A DNA stretch of 64,000 nucleotides from Candidatus Dormiibacterota bacterium (lineage in GTDB: Bacteria; Chloroflexota; Dormibacteria; Aeolococcales; Aeolococcaceae), in assembly GCA_963709585.1 (NCBI GenBank), contig CAVPXI010000007.1, positions 550,024 to 614,023 of the forward strand, in the 5' to 3' direction. The notes beneath the pieces were generated by a model that saw only the letters and a program-made list of their open reading frames with translations, was not told the origin of the DNA and did not search any database. Both the position numbers and the translations under genes were made by a program. Shown one piece after another: positions 39,643-47,001 of this stretch (its first letter is position 1; each line of letters begins with the position of its first letter).

Positions 39643-40593
39643 TCAGCCTGCCGCTGACTCCTCGCGTCGCGCCGGCGACGGCGTCAGCCCGGCCGCGACG
39701 CCGCGCGCATAGAACTGCGCCGCGATCTTTCGCGACGCCTCGTCGATCATCTCGTCGCCGAGCATGACCGCTCCCTTGCGATCGACCTCGGTGGCCTGAC
39801 GGTAAGCCTCGAGGATGCGCGCGGCCTTGTCGAAGTCCGTCTGTGACGGCGTGAACGTCTGGTTCGCCGGTTCGATCTGCACCGGGTGCAGCACCCATTT
39901 CCCGTCGTAGCCGAGCGCCGCCGCGCGCGATGCGGCTGCTCTGTATCCCTCCAGGTCGTGGATCGCCAGGTACGGCCCATCGATGACCTGGATGCCCGCG
40001 GCGCGAGCCGCAACCGCGAGCTTGAAGAGCACGTAGTGAAAAATATCGCCGGGGTAGTTGTAATCGTTGCGCACCGAGAGAGAGGGCAGCTGCATCGACG
40101 CCGAAAAGTCCGCCGGACCGTAGGTGAGCGTTTCCAGGCGATCACTCGAAAACGCGATCTCGTCAGCGCGCATCAAGCCTTCGGCGTCCTCGATCTGCGC
40201 CTCGATGCCGATACGTCCCACGTCGTATCCCAACGCCTGCTCGAGCTGCAGCAACGCTCGGTCGACGAACGCGACGTCGCCGGCGTTGCGCACCTTGGGG
40301 ACCATGACGCAATCGAGGATGTCGCCGGCGCCGGTGACCACGTCGCGCAGGTCGTCGAAGGCGAACTCGCTGGTCACCTGATTGATGCGCACCACGCGCG
40401 TCTTGCCGTGCCAGTCATGAGTGCGCAGCGCCTCGACCACCTTGGCCCTCGCCGCGGGTTTCTCCAGGGGGGCACACGCATCCTCGAGGTCGAGGAAGAC
40501 CTCGTCGGCCGCGCTCGCCGCGGCCTTCTCCATCATCCGAGGGTTGCTGCCGGGAACGGCAAGAACCGAACGGCGGAGCCGGGTCGTGGACAC
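39643..40593 (-). CDS. CitE/malyl-CoA lyase-family CoA ester lyase
   Basis: RRSVLAVPG, FLDLEDA, GPADF, GKWVLHP, MIDEAS. Confidence 0.92.
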   Translation of the reverse strand: MSTTRLRRSVLAVPGSNPRMMEKAAASAADEVFLDLEDACAPLEKPAARAKVVEALRTHDWHGKTRVVRINQVTSEFAFDDLRDVVTGAGDILDCVMVPKVRNAGDVAFVDRALLQLEQALGYDVGRIGIEAQIEDAEGLMRADEIAFSSDRLETLTYGPADFSASMQLPSLSVRNDYNYPGDIFHYVLFKLAVAARAAGIQVIDGPYLAIHDLEGYRAAASRAAALGYDGKWVLHPVQIEPANQTFTPSQTDFDKAARILEAYRQATEVDRKGAVMLGDEMIDEASRKIAAQFYARGVAAGLTPSPARREESAAG

Positions 40594-40600
40594 CGCTCGG

Positions 40601-41098
40601 CTACTCCGTCGAGGGCGTGGGCCGGTCGTCGGGCGGGGTCGGCTTGTCCTTCGGCGGAGTGGTGCGGTCGTCAAGTGGGATGGGCCGATCGTCCGGAGGA
40701 ATATCGGTGCCCTCCGGCGTCAAACCGCTGAAGCCCCCCATCCCGCCGAACAGGCCGCCGAGCATCTGCTGGAACTGCTCGGGGCCGCCCATGTCGTCCT
40801 GGACGCGCTCGAACATGCGCGCCATCAACTCCTGGAGCTGTGGGTCCTCGGACAGCTTTTCCTGGAGGCCGCCGAGCTGGCTCATCAGCTGCTCCATCTG
40901 CACCTCCTGCGCAACCTGCATCAGCACCGGCTGCGACGCGGCGGCGGCGACCACCTGCACCTGCTGGCGGATCACCTCGAATCCCTTGCAGGCCATGCAC
41001 GTGCCCTGGTGCTGGCAGCGGCACAGCTGGGACTTGAGCTTGTCGAGCTCCGAGTGGATCCCACTCAGATCGACTCCGGGTGGAGAGGCGTCGCCCAT
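40601..41098 (-). CDS. Hypothetical protein with Cys4 cluster, Met/Gln-rich helical region and PPDDRP repeats
   Basis: CRCQHQGTCMAC; DPQLQELMARM; TAGGAT 6 nt before the ATG. Confidence 0.75.
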   Translation of the reverse strand: MGDASPPGVDLSGIHSELDKLKSQLCRCQHQGTCMACKGFEVIRQQVQVVAAAASQPVLMQVAQEVQMEQLMSQLGGLQEKLSEDPQLQELMARMFERVQDDMGGPEQFQQMLGGLFGGMGGFSGLTPEGTDIPPDDRPIPLDDRTTPPKDKPTPPDDRPTPSTE

Positions 41099-41160
41099 GA
41101 AGTGATCCTAGTGGACGCGCGTGTTCACACCGCGCACGTTGCATCAGCGCCGGGATCGGG

Positions 41161-41296
41161 TATAGTCATTCGCAGACGGGAGGCCTCGCGCATCCCCGCG
41201 GTTGACGTCGATTGGATCGTCGCCCCGCGTCAAAGAGCACCGCCGAGGCCGTCCCGAAGTCCAGTAACTGCGCCGGTGGACAGGGCCACCGCGCGT
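41161..41296 (+). promoter_or_regulatory. Promoter plus structured leader upstream of the helicase
   Basis: TATAGT 41161-66; 41177-88 pairs with 41244-56; nested stems; second hairpin 41274-91. Confidence 0.5.
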
Positions 41297-43899
41297 CCGA
41301 GGTTGACAGTCCGCTGATAGCCCCAGACCTCGCGCTCGATCGTCTGCACCTCATCGTGCCCGACGGCAGCGATGCCATGGTCGTCCTGGAAGCATGGGCG
41401 AACGGCTCGCAACCCGGTGCCGATCCGCGCACCGTGTTTGCCGAACGCATCGGTGAGGTGGGCCACGTCTCCGTGTCGTTCGGCGATGAGGATCCGATCC
41501 AGCTGCGTCTCGATCTTCCCGACCTCGTTCTCCAGTGCGTCGCACAGGCGGGGCCGGACGGCACCCGCGAACATCTCGGGCTGCGTGTCCTGTCCATCCG
41601 TCCGACCGGTGGGCAGCCCGAGGGCGCCAAGCTCCTGACCATCACCACTCGCGAGCCCATTGTCACCGAGGCGAACGGCGTGGTCAGCGACACCTTCCGC
41701 CTGCTCGACTGGCGGATCTCGACGCAGCACGCCGCGAGATCGGAGCAGCTCTATGCGACCTTGAAGCTCGTCGACAGCCTGGAGCGAGCCGAGAAGCAGC
41801 GGGCGCAGTCGCAGCGGACCAGGTTCAACGGCGCGCGCGAGTTCTGGCGCTGCCGAACCTGCCGGGCGCTGTGGCGGCCGGAAAGCCAGGAGCAGTGCCC
41901 GTCCTGCGGCCGCGAGTTCACCGACGCCGACCGCAAGTCCCCCGAGATCGGCAAGGTCGAGTTCCAGATCCCCGCCGGTGAGCCGATCAACCTGACGCCC
42001 GATGCGGCGGTGCTCATCGAGCCGGATGACGAGACCAACTTCGTCGGGCGCGTCGCCCGCATCGACCACCAGCGACACGTCGTCGAGATCGTCACCCGCA
42101 CCTTCGAACACTCCGGCACCGAGGGGTACATCGCGCCGTCCTTCAACAAGGCGCTGTACCAGGCAAAGCGCTCGGTGCTCGCGGCCATCGCCACCAAGGA
42201 CTTCGGCGTGGGGCTGCTCGCCCAACTGCTGGTCAGCCCGGAAACCATCGTCGCGCCCAAGGACGAGTCGGACGCCGAATCCTCCTGGTTGACCGCCGGG
42301 ATGAGGCCCAACAAGCCGCAGAATCGCGCGGTCGGGCTGCTCAGCCGCCTCAGCGCGGGCCAGGCGGTGTTCATCCAGGGACCTCCCGGCACCGGCAAGA
42401 CGACGGTGATCGTCGAAGCCGTCAAACGCCGACTGGCAGCCAACCCCGACGAGCGGATCCTGGTCACATCGCACAGCAACCTCGCGGTCGACAACGCCCT
42501 CGAGCGCCTCGCCGGGACCCCGGGAATGCGCGCCGTCCGGGTCGCCCGCGCCGAGCGCGTGCATCCGGCGGTCGACAAGTTCCGGCTCGATGACGAGGAC
42601 GACCCGCGTCTTCTCGTGGCCAACTGCTACTTCGCGACCTGCGCGACCGCCGCGACCTCGGGCATCACCGACATGAACTTCGACATCGTCATCCTCGACG
42701 AGGCGAACAAGGCCCGTGCCGACGAGGCGCTTCCGGCGTTGCGTCTCGGGCGCAGCCTCGCGCTGGTGGGTGACCACAAGCAACTGCCGCCGGTCGAGGA
42801 CGACGCTCTCTACGGCATCGTCGAGACCGACCCCGCCCTGGAGGACCTCGTCAACCGGAGCCTGTTCGAGCAGTGCTGGGATGGCGGGCTTCCCGCCGAG
42901 GCCCAGTGCCTGCTCACCATCCAGCACCGCATGCACCCCGATATCGCGGCGTACGTATCGGCTGCGTCGTACGACAGCCAGCTCGAGAACGCCCCCGAGG
43001 TCGAGGCCTACGAGTACGTCACCCGCAAACCGTTCCCGGTCGCACTCCACTTCGTCGATACCGAGGGAATGCGCGGTGGCCGCGAGCGACGCGGTCCCGG
43101 CGGTGCACTGCGCAACGAGGCGGAGGTGCGCGTTGCCGCCCAGGTGGTCCGGCTCCTCGACGAGCGCGCGCCCCGCGAGCTCAGCATGGCGGTGATCGCC
43201 ATGTACGCGGAGCAGGTGGAACGCCTCCGCCAGGCTCTCGGCCGGCGGCGTTTCAAGCGCACCGTGAAGATCGACACCGTCAACTCGTTCGAGGGACGCG
43301 AGGAGGACATCGTGGTCATCTCCCTCGTCCGCTCGAATGAGCGTGGGCGGATCGGCTTCCTCAGGGTCCCGAACCGCCTCAACGTCGCGATCTCGCGAGC
43401 CAAGCGACTGGTCGCGTGCATCGGTGACAGTGCGACGCTGCGCAGCGGCGACGAGTCGATGTACGGAATGCTCGTCGAGGCATCGCGCTCCACCGGCGGC
43501 TGGCTGAGCGCCCTCGAGCTGGTCTCGCAACCCAAACCGCGTCGCGGTGATCCGCGTCAGCCCGGCCAGGCCGGGGGCGGCGAGACGGGCGAGGAAGGCG
43601 ATCCCGAGCGCGCCGCGAAACGCCGCCGCCGCCGGCGGCGCGGAAGGCGCGGCGCTGCGCTCCCAGTGACCGCCTCCACCGAGCCGGGCGCCGACGCGGC
43701 CGGCGGCGCGCCGCCGGCGGTCGATGGCCAGCCTCAGGAAGGCGCGCAACGCCGTCGTCGCAGACGCCGCCGCCGCGGCCGTGGACGCGGGCCGGGCGTG
43801 CGGGCGCCGGCCGGCCAGCCGGGGGACGGCGCCCTGGCACCTCCCGGTGACCAGCCCACCGTCGCGTCCGCCGCGGCCGGGGACGCTCCCGAGGCCTGA
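41212..43899 (+). CDS. Upf1/DNA2-like SF1 helicase with zinc ribbon and Arg-rich tail (start uncertain)
   Basis: IQGPPGTGKTT, SHSNLAVDN, ILDEA, GDHKQLPP, QHRMHP, TV(N)SFEGRE, NRLNVAISRAK; CRTC..CPSC. Confidence 0.9.
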   Translation: MDRRPASKSTAEAVPKSSNCAGGQGHRASEVDSPLIAPDLALDRLHLIVPDGSDAMVVLEAWANGSQPGADPRTVFAERIGEVGHVSVSFGDEDPIQLRLDLPDLVLQCVAQAGPDGTREHLGLRVLSIRPTGGQPEGAKLLTITTREPIVTEANGVVSDTFRLLDWRISTQHAARSEQLYATLKLVDSLERAEKQRAQSQRTRFNGAREFWRCRTCRALWRPESQEQCPSCGREFTDADRKSPEIGKVEFQIPAGEPINLTPDAAVLIEPDDETNFVGRVARIDHQRHVVEIVTRTFEHSGTEGYIAPSFNKALYQAKRSVLAAIATKDFGVGLLAQLLVSPETIVAPKDESDAESSWLTAGMRPNKPQNRAVGLLSRLSAGQAVFIQGPPGTGKTTVIVEAVKRRLAANPDERILVTSHSNLAVDNALERLAGTPGMRAVRVARAERVHPAVDKFRLDDEDDPRLLVANCYFATCATAATSGITDMNFDIVILDEANKARADEALPALRLGRSLALVGDHKQLPPVEDDALYGIVETDPALEDLVNRSLFEQCWDGGLPAEAQCLLTIQHRMHPDIAAYVSAASYDSQLENAPEVEAYEYVTRKPFPVALHFVDTEGMRGGRERRGPGGALRNEAEVRVAAQVVRLLDERAPRELSMAVIAMYAEQVERLRQALGRRRFKRTVKIDTVNSFEGREEDIVVISLVRSNERGRIGFLRVPNRLNVAISRAKRLVACIGDSATLRSGDESMYGMLVEASRSTGGWLSALELVSQPKPRRGDPRQPGQAGGGETGEEGDPERAAKRRRRRRRGRRGAALPVTASTEPGADAAGGAPPAVDGQPQEGAQRRRRRRRRRGRGRGPGVRAPAGQPGDGALAPPGDQPTVASAAAGDAPEA

Positions 43900-43904
43900 C
43901 GGAG

Positions 43905-44489
43905 GTGAGCGACGCAGTCACGGTCTTCGTTCGCGCCGGGGATCCGGCCTCGGAGGCGACGCTGCGTTACCTGGATCAGCGCGGCGTCGCGTACAACAAG
44001 CGAGACGTCCTCAGCGACCCGTCGGCGACGGCGATCCTCTTCGGTCGCCTGGGCCGGGTCGTGGTCCCGGTCGTCCAGGTGGGGGAGCGGCTGCTCGTCG
44101 GCCACGACCCGGTGCAGCTGGCACGTTTTCTGCCCCGCCAGGACAGGGATGAGCAGCATGTCTCGTTCGGAGCATCGGTGCGGACGGTCACCGGTGAGAT
44201 CGCGACGGCGAAGCAACTGCCCGCCACCTACGGTGTCGAGGTCGGCCAGGTCAAACCGGGCTCACCCGCGGAAGCCGCCGGGATCCTGCCGGGGGACGTC
44301 ATCACCGGCATCGGCCCGTACACGGTCAATGGCGGCGCCGACCAGTTTCGCAGCGCGGTGGCGCTCCGCCAGCCCGGCGACACGATGCTCCTCACCATCT
44401 GGCGAGAGGGCGACGTCTCCGAGGTCGCGGTCGCCTTCCCCGCGGAGACGCCCGCAGAGGTTCCCGCCGAGGAAGCGCCTCCGCCCTGA
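43905..44489 (+). CDS. Glutaredoxin/NrdH-like domain (no CxxC) fused to a PDZ domain
   Basis: YLDQRGVAY..RDV, VPVVQVG..LLVG.D; PDZ V.PGSPAEAAGILPGDVI. Confidence 0.8.
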   Translation: MSDAVTVFVRAGDPASEATLRYLDQRGVAYNKRDVLSDPSATAILFGRLGRVVVPVVQVGERLLVGHDPVQLARFLPRQDRDEQHVSFGASVRTVTGEIATAKQLPATYGVEVGQVKPGSPAEAAGILPGDVITGIGPYTVNGGADQFRSAVALRQPGDTMLLTIWREGDVSEVAVAFPAETPAEVPAEEAPPP

Positions 44490-44529
44490 CCGGCTCACAC
44501 ACCTGGGTAGGTCGTCGTTTTGGTATGCA

Positions 44530-45012
44530 GTGAGCACCGTGAAAGCGACAGCGCTGCCCCCGTTCCAGTTGATCTTCGACGAGCACGCCCAGGCGGTGCT
44601 TGCATTTCTGACCGGCGCCGTGGGTACGTCCGAGGCAGAGGACTGCTTCCAGGAGACCATGCTCAGCGCGCTCCGGGCATATCCGCGCCTCGGCGACGCA
44701 TCCAACCTGCGCGGCTGGCTGTTCACGATCGCCCGGCGCAAGGCGATCGATGCGCACCGGGCGCGGGCGCGCCGCCCGGTTCCCGTCGCCGATGCCGATC
44801 CGGGAGCCACCTTCGACGTTCATCCCGTGACCGATGACGGGCTGTGGGACCAGGTTCGTGGCCTTCCCGTGAAGCAGCGCCGCGCAGTGGTGCTGCGCTT
44901 CGCCGGCGACAGGAGCTACCCCGAGATCGCGGCGGCAATGTCGACCACCCAGGATTCGGCGCGCCAGAGCGTGCACGAGGGGCTGAAAAAGCTCAGAAGG
45001 GAACTCCGATGA
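44530..45012 (+). CDS. ECF RNA polymerase sigma factor
   Basis: AEDCFQET, WLFTIARRKAID, LP.KQR, SYPEIA. Confidence 0.9.
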   Translation: MSTVKATALPPFQLIFDEHAQAVLAFLTGAVGTSEAEDCFQETMLSALRAYPRLGDASNLRGWLFTIARRKAIDAHRARARRPVPVADADPGATFDVHPVTDDGLWDQVRGLPVKQRRAVVLRFAGDRSYPEIAAAMSTTQDSARQSVHEGLKKLRRELR

Positions 45013-45599
45013 CCGTCGACCAAGCCGTGACCAAACGATTTCTCGAGCGCGCGGAGGCGAAGGGGCTCATCGACGTGGCAGTGACGACCATGGACAGCCC
45101 GATCGGCACACTGCTGCTCATGAGCACGCCGAAGGGGCTCGTCCGGATCGCCTTCGAGAGCGAGAACCGCGACGACGTCTTCGGCGAGGTCGCTCGGCGC
45201 CTGTCGCCGCGCATCCTCGAGGCGCCGCGCCGTCTTGACCCCGTTCGCCGCGAGCTGGATCGGTATTTCGCGGGGCGGCTCCGCGACTTCGACCTGCCGC
45301 TCGACTGGTCGCTCGCCGGCCCCTTCGCTCGCAAGGTGCTCCGGCGGACGGCCAGGATTCCGTACGGGTCGGTGGCGAGCTACGGCGACGTCGCCGTCGA
45401 GGTGGGAACACCCCGGGGCGCCCGGGCGGTCGGCAATGCGGTCGGATCCAATCCGATCCCGGTCGTGGTGCCGTGCCATCGCGTCGTCCGCACCGGCGGC
45501 GCCCTCGGCGGCTACGGGGGTGGACTGCCGCGCAAGCGCTGGCTGCTCGCCCTGGAGGCTCCGCCGGCTACCAGCCGGGAGGGGGCTCGGACCGGTTGA
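45009..45599 (+). CDS. ogt: Methylated-DNA--protein-cysteine methyltransferase
   Basis: IPYG, ARAVG, VPCHRVV active site, GGYGGG; ATGA overlap with the sigma gene. Confidence 0.93.
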   Translation: MTVDQAVTKRFLERAEAKGLIDVAVTTMDSPIGTLLLMSTPKGLVRIAFESENRDDVFGEVARRLSPRILEAPRRLDPVRRELDRYFAGRLRDFDLPLDWSLAGPFARKVLRRTARIPYGSVASYGDVAVEVGTPRGARAVGNAVGSNPIPVVVPCHRVVRTGGALGGYGGGLPRKRWLLALEAPPATSREGARTG

Positions 45600-45822
45600 G
45601 CAGCCGGACGAAATCCTCGGCGCGAGCGACGGCTTCCCAGCGCCGCGAGAAGAAGTCCTGGGTGATCATCCGATTGTCGGCCAGCGAGGTCACCGTGACC
45701 GCCCACTGATTGAGGGCTCTGGAGACCTCGACCTCGTGGGTGGCGGCTTCGTTGCGCATGACAACACCGCTGGCCGCCGGACGGCGCCCACGGTCGTTGC
45801 GTCGAGAGGACGCCATAGCCAT
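45568..45822 (-). CDS. Small hypothetical protein
   Basis: GGAGG SD before ATG 45822; fills an otherwise empty gap. Confidence 0.55.
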   Translation of the reverse strand: MAMASSRRNDRGRRPAASGVVMRNEAATHEVEVSRALNQWAVTVTSLADNRMITQDFFSRRWEAVARAEDFVRLLNRSEPPPGW

Positions 45823-45895
45823 CGCAAAGACCTCCAATACGATCCCGGCGGGCATACGCCTCGCCGCCCGAACCATTGTCCCCCAAATGGGTCCC

Positions 45896-46897
45896 TCAGA
45901 GCGAGAGGGTCAACTGGTTCCCGCTCTCCCGCCCACTCTTGTCGGCCAGCGCGTCATCGCTGGGCGGCTCGTGGCTGGGCGCCGCCACCGGCGCCGACGT
46001 TTCCACCCAATCCGGCACACGCCCATCGCGCTCCCGAAGGGTCTCGATCACCGGAGCCGGCGGCCGCGGAAGTCCCAGCCCGAGCATGGCGCCGAAATCG
46101 AAGGCGTTGACCACCGCGTAGTTGCTCCGGTTGTTGTTCAGCAGGACATGAAGCGGCACGCCGGCGTCGCTCGCGGCGCGCATCGCCGGAATCCACTCAG
46201 CGAGCTCCGCCGGTGTGTACAGGTAGTTGAACCGGTCACCACTGGTGGGTCCGTTCGTGTACCAGGTCTCGCGGTTGCGGCCGTGGAAGCGTGCGATGCA
46301 GAGCCGCGGCGACGTGATCGCGAGCAGCGGCGGTGCCGTCGCCGACCCGATCTGGGGGGCATCGACACCCACATAGACGCACTCGAGCTCCCGGAGCAGA
46401 TCCTCGGTCGCCGGCCAGGCGTCGCGATCGAACCACGAGCGGTGCCGGAACTCGATCGCGAGCAGGTCATCCGGGTGCCGGTCTCGAGCAGCGAGGATCC
46501 ATTCCCGCGAATCGGGGCTGTTGGTCAGCCACGGCGGGAACTGATAGTGGACTGCGACAAGCTTGCCGCTCGAGCGCAGCGGCTCGAGCGCGGCCATGAA
46601 GTCGCGCTCCTCCTCGGCGGTCGGCTTGCGCGGGATCCGGTCCTCGCGCTCGTGGCCGGTGAGGCTGCGATACGCCTTGATGTTGAAGCGGAAGTGGCCG
46701 GGAGTTCGCTCGACCCACCCGTCCACCACGTGCGGCTTCGGTATCCCGTAAAAAGTCGTGTCGATCTCGACCACCGGGAAATACTCGGCATAGAAGGAGA
46801 GCTTGTCGCGCTGCCGGCGTCCGCGCTCCAGCTCGGAAGGATAGAAAGCGGTGTGGTCGGCCCAATTGCAGGTGCCGACCGCAATCGGTGCGCCCAT
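45896..46897 (-). CDS. DUF72-family protein
   Basis: GTCNW, VEIDTTFY, QFPPW, EFRH.SW, RFHGRN, YLY...EL. Confidence 0.9.
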   Translation of the reverse strand: MGAPIAVGTCNWADHTAFYPSELERGRRQRDKLSFYAEYFPVVEIDTTFYGIPKPHVVDGWVERTPGHFRFNIKAYRSLTGHEREDRIPRKPTAEEERDFMAALEPLRSSGKLVAVHYQFPPWLTNSPDSREWILAARDRHPDDLLAIEFRHRSWFDRDAWPATEDLLRELECVYVGVDAPQIGSATAPPLLAITSPRLCIARFHGRNRETWYTNGPTSGDRFNYLYTPAELAEWIPAMRAASDAGVPLHVLLNNNRSNYAVVNAFDFGAMLGLGLPRPPAPVIETLRERDGRVPDWVETSAPVAAPSHEPPSDDALADKSGRESGNQLTLSL

Positions 46898-47001
46898 ATA
46901 TGAGCAAACAGTAACGAAGCCGTCACCAAAGCTGGCGAGAGTGACGGCGGCGCTGGCCATACGATCCCTTCGGTGGAGAGAAAGGCGGAGTTTTCCGAGA
47001 A

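Noticed and set aside
41230-43749. Long antisense or alternative-frame ORFs (also 405-2009, 47197-48903, 60722-62152 and others)
   Set aside because: Shadow ORFs expected from high GC, lying opposite well-supported genes and lacking motifs
43620-43800. CGC/CGT-rich repeats
   Set aside because: They encode the helicase poly-Arg runs and are not an independent repeat element
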